From contig CM052817.1 in NCBI GenBank assembly GCA_028534125.1, positions 56,298,001-56,362,000 of the forward strand: a stretch of DNA of 64,000 nt. Reading direction: 5' to 3'. Source of the DNA: Lama glama (Eukaryota). Position numbers and translations under genes: made by a program. Below are positions 1 through 14,358 of this stretch, piece by piece. Every line of letters begins with the position of its first letter. The stretch's first letter is position 1. Under the pieces are notes generated by a model that worked only from the letters and a program-made list of their open reading frames with translations, made no database searches and was not told the origin of the DNA.

Positions 1-1399
1 TTAGAAAATTGATTCTCATAATGAACTGAAATCTACTATACTTCCAACTCTTAGGACTTGCTCAACTTTTTGATATCGAATCCTCTTCTGTGTTGGTTTT
101 TTATAATGGATATTCAGTTATTTGCAAACAGATACCAGTACACCTAATAAGTATTCTCTCCTCCTTCTATAGCTCTTTTTCAGTGTGAATGGTTTTTAGA
201 TATTTTCCCACTCTGAATATCATTCTTTGATGGGCTCCTATCTCTAAATATCCCTATAAAATGTAATCTTGTGAGTGAACAAAATAGAACTGGTGTAATC
301 TTAGTTTAATACACTAGAGCTATATTAACTCCTCATTTCTGTTGCTCCTCATTCTTATCTGGATTTAGTACATAGTCCTATAAGTTACATTTCAAATATC
401 TGAAAAAACACATATATTTCAATACCTTCTTTCCCTTTAACAATACAGATAAGTGAACTATTAAAATATGTGTGCGTATTTGAAGATATAAAATAAAAGT
501 TTTCCTTTATCATTTTCAGCAAAATAGGCACATCTTTTCTATTTACATTTCTCTACTAATATTTATTCTCTACCTCAGATATAACTTTGTGGTATTATCA
601 GTAAAGCATATCCTGTGTGGAGCATTCATTGGCATTTATTGGTGCCAGGCTCTGCCAAATTGAACCCAGCCAGAGGAAAAGAAAGACATATTCCAGGAGC
701 GCAGAGTTGTATGTTATACAAGTGTCAAAGGATGCTAATACAATCCCAATGTGTGTAGTTATGCCATTAACCATCTCTAATAAAAATCATGTTTTAATAA
801 ATATTTTAAATTGATCTTTTAAAAATTTATTCTGAATGACTATTTCTAATTTTATGATGGAATTCATTGGGAAACTGAATTTGCTTTATAGAAATTCTGT
901 TAAATATATTTTGATGGTATCCAATAAAAGAAATCAATACTATATGTTTATGTATAACTATATATATATTTCTTCAATGCTATTCAGTCTATCTCTAGTC
1001 TATGAAATAGAAATCATGTGAAAATCAATTTGGTCATTTCCAAGTAAGATTTAATAATCTGGCATGTCAAAAATATTTTACTAAATCCAGCTATAATTCA
1101 TCTGTAACAAAATTACACGTGACTATCGAAGTCTCTTAGCTTTCAGAGGATTTGTACAATCATTTTCATTTAAGGAGAAACAATGCGCCTCCATTGATAG
1201 TGACACTTAAAAGCTATGTATTTACTCTAAAGCAAGGGTATGTAGCTAATTCAAAAAGTAATTTAAATCATATTTTTGAGAAATGAGTTTTTGAAATATT
1301 GCTTATGAAAAGAAATAATTAAAGAAAGGAGAGACACCTTTTAACCATGGCTCTGTTCCAAAGGTCTCTGGATTGGAGGTCAGACTTTCCAACATGGTA

Positions 1400-1600
1400 A
1401 GGATGGAAGGTCCTGGAGACAGACTGACTGGATGCAGAGCTTGCTTTTATCTCTTACTAGATCTGTTGTCTTTTCTCAATTTGACAATGAAAATAATAAT
1501 TGTACCTATCCAAGATGTTTATTGAGAAGATAAAAAATATATATCACATTTAAAACACCTAGTGCAATGTTTGGCACACAGGAGTTACTCAGTAAATGAA
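1400..1600 (+). mobile_element. MIR SINE remnant
   Basis: MIR core-like 'aatgaaaataataattgtacctat' and 3' part 'cctagtgcaatgtttggcacacaggagttactcagtaaatg'. Ends approximate. Confidence 0.65.
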
Positions 1601-2531
1601 ACCTTTATTAGCTTTGTAAGGTTGCAAAGACAAAAAAAAGCCTCTGTCCCTTTTCTTACTAAAATGAAATGTTAGCATTTTATCATAATCAATTTGAAAA
1701 TATTTTTAAACAGTGGGACTATAAGATTTAAAAGTGCAGCTTTTTTGAATGAACTTCTTAATACAGTGCCTGTCACATAGAAGGCATTACATATTTTTTT
1801 TTAATGATTAAACAAAGGGCTGGATGTTCTGGAGCTCGAAGCATGTAAACTCCTCATACTGTCCACCTGGGGTTTCCCAAGGCACCCTCTGAGACATCAT
1901 GTGCTAGAATACCATTAGAATAATTGCACCTGATAGTCCTTCAGTTTAGATCTCTTATACATTAGGAGGAGTTACAGCAGGACTGGTAAAGGGCTAGATT
2001 GTGGAATCCAGTTATTAGAGAGATGAATTTCAGGTGGTGGGAGACAGCCTCGTAAACACAAGCAGCACTTTTGGTACCATGTCTCAACATGAGTATTTGA
2101 GGTGCCTTGATCTTAGCAAAGAGGTGAATCATAGGAAATCATTGTGGTGAATTCCAAAGCAGCACTTATTCACTGATGTGGGAAGGAGTGTCACGGCATT
2201 TACCAGAGGACAGCAGAACCACAGACACAATTGTGTTCTGGGAAAAAAGCATTAAAGACCAGACAGGGACAGAGCCCTAAAGAAATGGGATCTCAGATGG
2301 GTTACTGACACAGGGACTTGAGTATAAGGAAGCAGTAAAACCTTTATCATAATAAATTAGAGATGGCATTTCAGGGAAACAGACAGAAACCATGTTTGAA
2401 GAAATGGGCCACATGAAGAAGGTTGCCTTGCAATCAAGTATAATATGATTCAGGGTATTAACATATCAGGCAGCAGCTTTTAAAATCCCTCTGCCTAAAG
2501 TTAAATTCCATCTTAAGAAGGGAGTAGATCC

Positions 2532-3749
2532 AGTTCTGTGAAAAGTGCCATTGGTAACTTGAAAGGGATTGAACTGAATCTATATATTGCCATGGGTAAT
2601 ATAGCCATTTTAACAACATTGATTTTTCCAATCCAAGAACACGGTATATCTTTCCATTTGTTTGTTTTATCTTCAATTTCTTTCATCAGTGTCTTACAGT
2701 TTTTGGAGTACAGGTCTTTTGCCTCCTTAGGTAAGTTTATTCCTGGGTATTTTATTCTTTTTGATGCAATGGTAAATGGGATTGTTTCCTTAATTTCTCT
2801 TTCTGATATTTCACTGTTAGTGTATGGAAATGCAATGGATTTCTGTATATTAATTTTGTATCCTGCAACTTTACTGAATTCATTGTAGAGCTCTAGTAGT
2901 TTTCTGGTAGCGTCTTTAGGATTTTCTATGTATAGTATCACATCATTCACAAACAGTGACGGTTTTACTTCTTCCTTTCCAATTTGGATCCCTTTTGTTT
3001 CCTTTTCTCCTCTGATTACTGTGACTAGGACTTCTAAAACTATGTTGAATAAAAGTGGAGAGAGTGGGCATCCTTGCCTTGTTCCTTATCTTAGAAGAAA
3101 TGCTTTCAGCTTTTCACCATTGAGTATGGTTTCAATGTAGATTGGTGCAGCCACTATGGAGAACAGTGTGGCGGTTCCTTAAAAAACTAAAAATAGAGTT
3201 ACCATATGATCCAGCAATCCCACTCCTGGGCATATATCCAGAGAAAACTCCTATTTAAAAACACACATGCACCCCAATGTTCATAGCAACACTATTTACA
3301 ATAGCCAAGACATGTCCATTGACAGATAAGTGGATAAAGATGTGGTATATATATAATGGAATATTTCTCAGTCATAAAAAGAATGAAATAATGCCATTTG
3401 CAGCAACATGGATGGACCTAGAGTTTATCATATTAAGTGAGGTAAATCAGACAAAGACAAATATGATATGGTATCACTTGTATGTGGAATCTAAAAAATG
3501 ATACAAATGAACTTATTTACAAACCAGAAATAGACTCAGACATAGGAGATAAAGTATGATTTCCAAAGGGCAAAGGGGTGGGGGTGAACTGATAAATCAG
3601 GAGTTTGGAATTAACATATACACACTACTATATAAAATAGATAAACAGCAAGGACATACTATAGAGCACAGGGAACTATATTCAATATTTTGTAATAACC
3701 CATAATGGAGAAGAATCTGAAAAAGAATATATATATGTGTGTGTGTGTG

Positions 3750-3796
<47 letters not shown>

Positions 3797-3888
3797 CTGA
3801 ATCACTTTGCTATATACATGAAACTAATATAACATTGTAAATCAACTGTACTTCAATAACAATAAATTGATTAATTAATTAAAAAAGA
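2532..3888 (+). mobile_element. 5'-truncated, 5'-inverted LINE-1 (cetartiodactyl-type)
   Basis: 2532-~3128 is L1 ORF2 RT region on the minus strand (ORF 2513..2950: [11 protein letters not shown]...LPMALFTEL). ~3134-3888 is ORF2 C-terminus, 3' UTR and A-rich tail on the plus strand. Degenerate TSD aagaag-ggag-tagatcc (2515-2531) / aagaagtggagctggatct (3889-3907) at a tt/aaga site. Confidence 0.93.
3727..3793. repeat. Compound (TA)n(TG)n(TA)n microsatellite inside L1 3' UTR
   Basis: Read directly from sequence. Confidence 0.95.
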
Positions 3889-6800
3889 AAGAAGTGGAGC
3901 TGGATCTGTATACAGGGTTTAGTATCCCTTTGGAGAGAAGAAGGATGCTGAAGTGTGGAATCAGGCAACATCCTGAAATTCTCCAACAGCATTTATAATT
4001 GGACCTTAAAGTATGCTTTATTCTTATAATGATGGCAAGAATTTTGACATGTTGAAATATAGCTTTTTATAATACTATTTTAGCCCTGACCTGATGCAGT
4101 GACTTTTTCTCCTTAAGTTTCTTGTTGTGTTCAGCATTAGCTATTCATCTCTATATATTCAAATATATTCAAAAATCCTTTTTTTCCCCTTTCTGTTGAA
4201 ACACATTCTCCTTTACACAAAAATCCAGGCAAAAGACCACAGTGCCCCAAATCCTTTTAAGTACAATTGCAATTCTCCCAGCAAACATAATGATTTGAGA
4301 GTTTGGGCTCCACTTAGACTAACGCAGGCTCGGTTAGCTCTCTTAATCTCTGTCACACACGTGCCAACCCTGCAACAATTCAGTGGCATTTTCTTGCTGC
4401 ACCTTCCATGATTATCCCTGCCTCTGTACCACCTTGAAACTCTTTTAGTGACTGGTCATGTGTAGCCTGTACAAGCACTTCCAAATTTGTTTTATATATT
4501 GTTTTATCAGCACCCCATTCTTTGGTGGATCCTATTTCCAAGTATATCTGGCACACACTTCTTCTCCTTTCCTAAGAAAGATTCATATTTCTTAAGAAAC
4601 TGTGAGTTTATAGACATAGAATTAAGCATAATTTCCATCCTGCAATGTTCTGAGGTAGCTTCTTATATTTCCACCATCAGAAATAATCTAGCATGCTTCT
4701 GTGACCCTTCTGAAAACCCAAATCTGCAATAGAAAAACCCTCCAAACTGACAAGTCTGATCTTAAATGACTGCCTTAGTTTCTTTCTGTACTGAGTTGAA
4801 CAACTTGGGTATCATAAGGAAAGAAAACGCTTGTGTAATTTAGAAAGATCAAAAATAATTTCCCATATCTTTGCATTAAAAAAACCCCTCAGAAGCCATG
4901 GATAGAAGTGATAGATTTCACTGAAGCTTTCCTGGAGGTATGGAGTAGATATTGCATTTCCTGTCACATAACAAGCCTTCCAAATAGCACCTTTCTCCCT
5001 CTCTGTGGACATTTGTCATCTGACTGTCATCATCTTCCATACCCATCATTTCCTCTCTGGCCACTGTCCTCACTTTATTACTCAGAGCAACTTGGCTTTC
5101 TCTTGATTTTTCCAGTTCTCTGGAAATAGCTTCTCTGGCTATTCCCCCATTTGATTAAAACAATTGTTTTTATTTTTTTTTTCTTAAATGTCTCAAATAG
5201 AGTTAATGAACTTTGAAAAATAATATATTTTATTCTTGCAATTATTTGATAGCCTGATCGGATTCTTACCATTGTAAGTGTATTACTGATATAAGATCTC
5301 TTTTTCCTTCAAATGTTATCCATCTTTTCCAATACTAAATAAGGTGGCATTTCTTGGGGTTGAAACTGAGGATAGACTTTGAATCAATTTATGCTTCAAC
5401 TCAGCTCACACACTCACTCAGTGAATATAGACCTTGGCAAAAGTAATTGGATAAAATGCTAAGTCATTCATTGCTTATTCCAAGACTCTATGAAGACTGC
5501 ATTTGTGTGACAGAACTTCAATAGGTGTAAAAAAAAAAATCACTTACTGGTTTTTTTTCTTTTCTTCTCTCCAAATGGTTCTGTTAAAAAGATAGAAGGA
5601 TTGGAAAGGTAGTCCCAATATGGTTGTGCTTGTTGGTGTTTAATGTAACTTGCTTCTCAGAAAAAATTACCAGGTTATATATCATTGCTTTTCTGTATTA
5701 TGTCATAGACATGTCTATATAATATGCCTGAACTCTTTAAAGAAACAGTGCCATTCTTGGCAGCCTTGTATATTAGAATTCCTTTCAAACACTTCACTAC
5801 GTTAACACCTTTTCTTAACATTCTTATTTCATAACTCCATGATCAACATATATAAAATTATTTACATAATTTGGGATTTTCTTATTTCCTAATTGAAAAT
5901 AATTTGGAATTTGGCAAATATGCTTACAACAGATGCCAGGACAGATGTGTACAATTTATCATCCTTAACGTCAGAATCTGAACACATGCCTAAAAATGAG
6001 CACTGAGTGCTTAACATGATAGTTGAGATCATAGATTTTTTTTCTTAATCTGACTATACTTCTACTCTTAAAATAATGATCAAACAGTGATTGAAATCTG
6101 ATAAATTGAAAGCTGAAGGTAAGGTGCCTTATTTATTATTTCCTCCTGTCAGACTTTTAGGTATAAGTCACAGAGGTATTCCAGAGATAACTGATTTAAA
6201 TTTATGGGCTGTCTTTTTTTTTCTTTTTTCCAAAACAAATGATCACACTTCTATAAGCATTTAGCATTGATTTGAAAGTAGATCAGGAAATCTTTGCCAT
6301 ATCTATATAATGTACAAAAACCTTTATTTATTATCTGAGTGAATATATTTTAATTAAAAATTCAATGCTACAGTCCTTTCAGCTTCTTAGTGAATAGTCA
6401 GGAACAAAATAGCAAGGGCTCCAAATCAATCTATTTCTTTTATAACAAAATGAGGCCTATGCATGTAATTCTGGATGTGGATTACAAATATAGCCCTGAA
6501 AATGGTGTATTATGTGATAAAGAAAAAGGCATTTGGTTCTTCTGCCCCAACTCTTCATCTGTAATATTGAGAGCTTGGATTTAGATGCTCTCCTTGCTCC
6601 CTTAAAAACTTTAATTCTATAGTCAAATGAAGAACATACAAGTAAGTAGTTTAAAAATGACATTTAGAATTAAATACATGGCCCTGGAACTATTACTCTG
6701 TTATTAATTCAGGTATAAAGGTGTTTAAGGATAATAATTCCATTGTCATTATTATAAGACCACTTCAAGTCATATCTTTGTATAATACATTTATCTGAAT

Positions 6801-7859
6801 TTTCCATTTAGATAAACTTCAATGGAGTACTCTTAAGTGGGTTAGTAAAAATTAGATTTTTTTCCCCCAGCATTTAAAATTTTTATAATTATCCAAATCT
6901 TGAAATTCTCATAAAAGTTTAGCATCTTACCAATTTTTGAACTATAACTTCATAATTAGAGAAGAAGCTTCTTAGCTGTGACTTAACTCTTCTCTCATAA
7001 GTATTTTTATGGAGTTGAATTAAAAAAAATCATACAGAAGAGAGAGAACTCAAAAAGTATTCTATCCTTTTTTTCAAACAAGGAATGATGATCTGATTTG
7101 AACTGATGATCTTCCCAAACTGACAAGAAAACTAAGGATCCATTATAAAATTATAGAGAAACCAAGAATTATGCAAAGCAGGGAACACTTGAAGTTGCTT
7201 GGTATGATTGTACACTTGGCATTTAAAATATGAATAAACACAGAAATTAAATTATTATTCTGTTAATAGGGGTAATGTTACTCTCTTTCATTTAATTACA
7301 GAAGAAATATTTATCTCAATACAGGCAAAAAAATCCTATAAGCTTTTGAAACACAAAAAAACATAGGAGGAAGGAGAAGCAGCAGAAATCAGTTGTGCAG
7401 ATGTTGATAGCAGACACCAAACATACAGAAACAAAGAGAACTCCTTTCTCTAGAATATCTCTGCAAGTCATATGATAACTGTTTATATTTTCATGTTTAA
7501 GCTGCATCACAACATTTTAAAGATGACCAGCAATTTAGAAAGACAGTTTTCTAAATCTAAATTTTCTTCGATATTTTCTTACCCTATTTTTGATAAATTG
7601 GTTCAAAATTGCTCCTGTTTAAAAGCAAATATTAAATAGAAAAAAAGACTAAGCAAAAAGACCACAAAAGCAAAAAATGCCTTATATCATGGTACAGACT
7701 AGTCTAAAAACATTACCCTAGAAAAATATTGTAAGGATAGGTAGTTCCCTATACTATGAAAGAAATAAAATAACTTGGGATATTTGGTTTAAAACACTCA
7801 AATAATAAGTTTGTTAATTAGGGGAAGTGATGGGTACCTAGAGGAAAGATAGAGAAGAT

Positions 7860-8260
7860 TGTTGTCTGAGGCTAGATTCCCTAGAAGCAAACAGTGAGAG
7901 AGGAGATCTGTGAAAGCAATTAAGTAAGGCACTTGCAGAAAAGGATACTTAGTAGCCCAAGGGAAGTCCCCTAGGGAGAGCAGTGTAGCCATAGAAGCAA
8001 AACATGCTATAGTAAGAGGAAGAGTGCAGATAGTGAAAGTACCCCAAGAATGTCTGAAAGTAGGATCAGTAGCATTCACAGAAACTATCTTGATCTAAAT
8101 TCCCATAAAAGCAGATTCTGAGTCAAGAATTCAAGTGTAAACAGAATGCCAGGAAAGACTGATAAGAGTGGAGAAGTGAAAAAGGGAAAGGAAGGAAGGA
8201 AATACTGGGTGCTTTATTAAGCACTTTTTCACTATAGTTAATAGGAGCTTAATCTCATCG
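7860..8260 (-). mobile_element. Two adjacent ERVL LTR16-like LTR fragments
   Basis: 'tgtctgaggctagattccctagaagcaaac' and 'tcccataaaagcagattctgagtcaagaattcaagtg' resemble the antisense LTR16 3' end as recalled. Confidence 0.55.
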
Positions 8261-8294
8261 ATATATAGAAATGTGGAGTTGCATCCTTAGAAAT

Positions 8295-9130
8295 ATTTTT
8301 AATTTGACCCATTCTCATGATGTGTGATTATATATCATTGTGGCTTTATATGCATATCCTTGGTAATTAAAATTTTATCACATTTTTCTGGATATTTTTA
8401 AGATCTCTCTTTATCTTTGGTGTTTGGTTATTATGTGACTGTTTTCTTTTCATCTATCCTGCTTGAATTTATTTAGCTTACTGGATCTGGATGGTTTTTA
8501 ACATATTGGGAATTTTGGCAATTATTTGTTTAAGTTTTTTTTTTTTTTCCTGAATTACTTACTCACTTCATTTTCAGGGATTTCAATTTATTTATATAAA
8601 GACTCCTTAATATTGTCCCATTGTCCAGCATAATCCTGAGGATCTCTTAATATTCTCTCAATTTTTAAAATCCCTTTTTAAATTCAGATTGGATCATCTC
8701 TTTTGATATATATTTCAATTTCTCTTTATTTATTTATTCATTTATTTAATATTTTTGTAGCCTCTAACCTTCTGGTAATCCCATTCATTTTTCACTCCAG
8801 ATACTACCTTTTAAGTTCTTGAATTTCCTTTTCCATTCCAGACATCTGGATAGATTTTATTTCTTTTCTTTTTATTCATTATGACCATCCTTTTCTTTGT
8901 TACCTTGAACATATTTATGACAAGGTTTTAAAATCCTTGTCTTTTTGTTACTATTGTTAATATTGGCCACTCCTTTCCCCTTAATTATACATTCATTTTT
9001 TTCACTTCTTTGATATCTAATATATGTAACACATATATACTTAAAAAAATTTATGCTGTAATTTGTTGATACGTTCTACAGAGTTTGATTATGTTGTCTC
9101 CCTTTACAGGCTGTTGAATTCTGTTCTAGA
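8295..9130 (-). mobile_element. Ancient L1M fragments
   Basis: T-rich antisense L1-like text, e.g. 'tatatcattgtggctttatatgcatatccttggtaatta' and 'atctatcctgcttgaatttatttagcttactggatctg'. Confidence 0.55.
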
Positions 9131-9865
9131 GTGCATCCTCATTTCAAGATGTATACACTGCTACCATTTCCTGAGTGTTTTTGGGTTTTTGAAATATTAT
9201 GTTTTTATTCCACTGTTCCTTTAGTATCAGTTTTTTGTTTGTTTGTTTGTTTTTGTTGTCATTTATTGCTCATCCATTTCCATATTTCAGAATATTTTAC
9301 TTTTATCTCTTTATCATTCTCTTTGTCCTACAAATAATGCTATTCCGTGTCATTTATAGGACACTTTGATAGAGAATGAAAGGAAACACTTGCGTCCAAT
9401 CTGTCATCTTTAAAGAAAATATTAGCTGAATTTTCTCACTCTACTTTTCCAAATTCAAAACTTACTTTATTCACTATACTGATAGCATTTGGTTTCCCAA
9501 CAGTCTCTAAGCTTTTAAGATTCAATGGCTTAAAATACTCATTTCCCTCTGGCTGGAATGCATTTCGCCACTGTCACTCACTTCTCTGCTTATTGACATG
9601 TTATTCTTCCCTGATGGCTTGCTAAAATGTTTCTTTCTCCTTGAAATCATCCCAGTTCTTACCAAATTAGAATTAAACGGCTTCCCAGAGCCTAAAAATA
9701 TTTATCTTTGTCTTTATTTTAAATTTTATTGCATTTTGTCTGCATTATGCTTAATATTTATCTATCAGTCTCCTGAAACACACTGCAAGTTCCTAAGCAT
9801 AAGAAAAATTTGAATTCTCACAACTTTTAAGTCATACTGAATAAAGATTTTCAGATGTGTCATAT

Positions 9866-10318
9866 TGTTAAAGAAAAAACTATTCTGACAGTTGTTAAAA
9901 TGGCAAAGAAGACTTTACTCAGGACTGCTGCAATAGGAGCAGTAAGGAGTGGCCGTGCTCAACTTCGAATACAAGAAATGCAACTGGGGATTTATAGCCA
10001 ATGTGAATGGTAATGGATGGAAAATTACTAAGAGGAGACATCAAGCTTGTGGGGTTGGGGTGGTGATTTTTACTAAACTGGCCTAAACAGGATTTTTGTT
10101 AAAGGCAGGCCAAGGATTTATATATTAAAGGTGAGGAGATAAGGAAATTGATCAGATATCAAGGGTGGGAAGATTCTTGTTGAACTGAATAGGCAGGATT
10201 CTTACTAAAATTGGGCTAGGCAGACAAAAGAAAGGACAGGGACCAAAATCTAGGACTAGTTAAAAATAAAGCTCAGAGGAACCTGATTAAATTTTGATCA
10301 AAGAGAGAGTCTTTGTCA
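9866..10318 (-). mobile_element. ERV1 solo LTR (MER31-like)
   Basis: TG...CA termini (tgttaaagaaaaa...gagagtctttgtca) and an exact 4-bp TSD atat (9862-9865 / 10319-10322), typical of ERV1. Confidence 0.85.
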
Positions 10319-10863
10319 ATATGCTCTTAGCTTTTCATTTCTTTGAACATTCAGAACCCTCTGCCTGAAATAGCTTCCTCACTTCCACCCAGTATTTAGT
10401 GTGTCCTCATGCTCTTATCCAAGTATTATTTCACTTCATGCTGTCTTTCATTAACTCCCTCAGAAATAATGAGATATAACTTAGTCTGGTCTCCTTATAG
10501 TCACTTTTGTTACTATGATAGTACTTATCATGGGGTAATGTTGTGCTTAAATCTTCTATCACAAACTCTAGCTTTAAGCACAAGGAGTATGTCTGATTTA
10601 ATATTTTAGTTCCCAAGTACAACAAGGTACACTTTGAATTGGACTTCTTGACCTTTTATAGTTGAATAATCCTCAAAAATTATCTGGAATTTTGGATGTT
10701 ACCCAGATGATCTGTGAAACTTGTCACTATCAGCTATAATTACACATTTATTAATAAGTATTCTTTGAATTGAGATGAATGTTTTGGACCAAAGATAATT
10801 GTGATCAAGGGAAAGATAAGTTCAGCTCCTATTTGAAGGATAATGAATCTTGATTGTCATTTG

Positions 10864-10888
10864 TACACACACACACACACACACACAT
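10864..10888. repeat. (CA)n microsatellite
   Basis: Read directly from sequence. Confidence 0.95.
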
Positions 10889-12191
10889 ATATGAAATAGA
10901 TACCTAGGCTTATTTTTTAAACCTAACAGTAAATTTACAACAGCAATTAGTGTTTCGTAGTAGTGACTAAAAATCTGAGTACAGTCTGCCCTTCTCAAAT
11001 TCCTTTTCCTTACCAAGCCTGTTGGTTTGATTAGGTGCTGCAGTAAATAAAACAGAAGGTAGCGTAGTCTCCCTTCTCAAATATGCATTTGCTCTCCCAG
11101 GTCTGCAAGGAAAAATATATTCACTATGTGAGAGGGAAATCATTCATATATATACATGCATATATTTATATATATTTAAAGTAGGCATATATAATAAAAA
11201 TGCATTGATATGGCTAAATTCTTGGCTTCGACCTTAGCCAATTTCAAAATTGGAAGCAGTGGAGCTAACAAAAATAACAGATTTGTGCATGGCTGCTTAT
11301 GGGTGCTATTTTATTATATATAAAACACTGCAAACCGTTTTGAGTGGATGAGGGCTAAAGGTTGAGTGGTTGTAATGAAGCAAAATTGCAGATTCCCAAG
11401 GGCAGGGTGGAAAAGCAAATGAACTGTGTTTTTAGTTCCTTAGAAATTACTTTGGCAATTAAGAGGTGTTCATATATGTGGTTTGACTGCAATCAGGACA
11501 CCCAGTGGAATACCCAGACGTTTCTTAATGTATGTTGGCCATTATTTGAGCAATTATAAAAGGGATATAAATGCTAACATGCACATTTCCAGTAATATGG
11601 CTTTCAGTCCCTATACCATCATTGTAGAAATGTATTATGTGGCTTCTTTAAACCCAGCTTGCTCTGCAAGGTCAGTGCAACCAGCAATTCATTCCTTGCA
11701 GAGTAACCATTTTATTAGGTAGCATGGAAGTCAGAGCTCCCTATTTCATTAAATGGCAATTAAGTAATTTAAAAATAATACTAAGCCTCTTAATCAGCTT
11801 GTTTTGCCATGTGTTCCACAAGGGACCTTGGCATTCTCTAACAATTAATAAGAAAAGTGCTTCATGAATACAACCAATGCTTTTAAGCTTTGAATTTTCC
11901 TGCCAAACCAGAGGTTTTAAAATATTTCTCTTATGAAAGTGCTCTTTTAAAATGCATACTCTCTCAACAAGAGAAAATCTTTTAATGAGTTAATGAGGCA
12001 ATTATCTATTGTTAGGTAGAGCATATTTTATTTTACAGTAGTTTAGACCAAAAAAAAAACAAAGTCACATCCTAGATGAGTAGTGTAAGCAAATAAAAAC
12101 TCTTACAAATATCTGTTAAATCATTTTGTGCTTCTACCTTAAATATATAGAATTTGAAACTGTCCTTGGAGAAAATTGTACCTTAGATAAT

Positions 12192-12690
12192 CATTTGAGT
12201 TATCTGTTGCTGCATAACAAGCCACCCCAAAGTTTAATGTCTGAAGCAAGAACAATAATTTATCCTGGGTCCCAAATATTCAACTTGGGCAGGGTTCGAC
12301 AGGGACAATTATCTCTGCACTGCATGTTGTCAGCTGGCGTGGCTGAAATAGGGGCTAGAGGACTCACTTCCAAGATGGCTTACTCACGTGGCTGGCAAGC
12401 TGGTGCTGGCTTTCAGCTGGGAACTCAGCCAGTGTTGTGGACCCTGGTTCCTCTACCAGAGAGTGATTCGGATTCCTCAGAGCATGGTGGCCAGGTTCCA
12501 AAAGCAAGCATCCCATGAGAACCAAGTGGAAGGTGTATTGTCAACAGAGCATCACATCTGCCAGGAGTACATCCTCTCCCAGACTCAAAGAGAGGAAACC
12601 TACCCACCACCTCTCCATACGAGAAGTTTCAAAGGTCACACTGGAAAAAGCAGGATAGGAAATAATATTTAGATATTTTTTGAAAATACT
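12192..12690 (-). mobile_element. MaLR MLT1-type LTR
   Basis: 'gttatctgttgctgcataacaagccaccccaaa...cacttccaagatggcttactcacgtggctggcaagctggtgctggct' is typical antisense MLT1. Confidence 0.85.
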
Positions 12691-12829
12691 ATCTGTACCT
12701 GTACCAATGTTTATAATACTGATGTAAATATATTTAAGACCACATGATAAAAAAAAATTCCATTTGCTCAGAGCCACAAGAAAAGAAAAAATTTTTAGAC
12801 TTTATTCAGTACAATACAGTGGAAAAAGG

Positions 12830-13010
12830 ACATGTGTTAAAATCCAAAATTGTATTCTAAATCCTCTGATGACTAGCTGGGGGACTCTAGAGAAGCCACA
12901 TAAGCTCTCTGAGCACTTTGCTATTCATCATTAAAGTTAAGTCTAATAATGACTATTTTGCAGGAGTATTTGCAATACAGATAAAATGAGGTAATGATAT
13001 AAAGAACTCT
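12830..13010 (+). mobile_element. MIR SINE remnant
   Basis: 'actagctgggggactctagagaagccacataagctctctgagc...ataaaatgaggtaatgatataaag'. Confidence 0.6.
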
Positions 13011-13366
13011 GTGCAGGAGTCATTAATTTTTTGCCTAAAGCACATATATTAACATATCACTGTTGTTACCAAATAAGATGAAGACAGTGATAATTTTATA
13101 TCCAGCAAATCAATGCCAAAATGACCCTAGTTTATCTTAACCTTGATGATAGACAGTGGAGGTGTCTACAGGTTATTCATACAGGATTAGTTTGAAAGAC
13201 TATGAATTTCAGCCTACATGGCTTATTATCCTGATACTTCAAGTACCTGGCTCCTCATATTGCTGGAAGGAATAACACTGTAAACTAAACAATTCTTTTC
13301 TTTTTTTCTAAGATATGGGAAAAAATCATCTGTCACAAAAATGTGTTTAAATATTTTTGCTGTTGT

Positions 13367-14325
13367 GAATAGAGAGCCCAGAAATAAACCCACACACCTT
13401 TGGTCAATTAATTTTTAACAAAGGAGACAAGAATATACAATGGAGAAAAGATAGTCTCTTTAGCAAGCGGTGTTGGGAAAGCTGGACAGCCGCTTATAAA
13501 TCAATGATGTTAGAACACACCCTCACACCATACACAAAAATAAATTCAAAATAGCATAAAGACTTAAATATAAGACATGACACATAAAACTCCTAGAAGA
13601 CAACATAGGCAAAAAATTCTCTTAATTTGCACCAATGTTTTCTTAAGTCAGTCTCTCTATGCATTAGAAATAAAAGCCAAAATAAACACATAGAAACTAA
13701 TCAAACCTATAAAGCTTTTGCACAGCAAAGAAAACCATAAACAAAATGAAAAGACAACCTATGGGCTGCGAGAAAATATTTACAAATGATGCCACTGATA
13801 AGGACTTAACTTCCAGAATATAAAAACAGCTCATATAACTCAATAAAAACAAACAAACAAGCAAACAAAAATAACTCAATCAAAAATGGGGAGGAGACCT
13901 AAATAGACATTTCTCCAAAGAAGAAATACAAATGGCCAATAGGCACACGAAAGATGCTCAACATTGCTAACTATTAGAGAAAAGCAAATTAAAACTACAA
14001 GGAGGTATCACCTCACACCAGTCAGAATGGCCATCATTCAAAAGTCCATGAACAATAAAGCTGGAGAGGGTGTGGAGAAAAGAAACTCAGCTACACTATT
14101 GGTGGGAATGTGATTTGGTGCAGCCACTATGGAAAACAGTATGAAGTTTCCTTAAAACACTAAAAATAGAGTTGCCATATGATCCAGCAATTCCACTCCT
14201 GGGCAAATATCAGTAGGAAATTAATCTGAAAAGATACATGCACCATAGTGTTCACAGCAGCACTATTTGCAATAGCCAAGACATGGAAACAATCTAAATG
14301 TCCATTGACAGATAAATGGATAGAT

Positions 14326-14358
<33 letters not shown>

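Noticed and set aside
2513..2950. 145-aa reverse-transcriptase-like ORF as a gene or novel RT system
   Set aside because: It is a truncated piece of L1 ORF2 inside a TSD-flanked L1 insertion.
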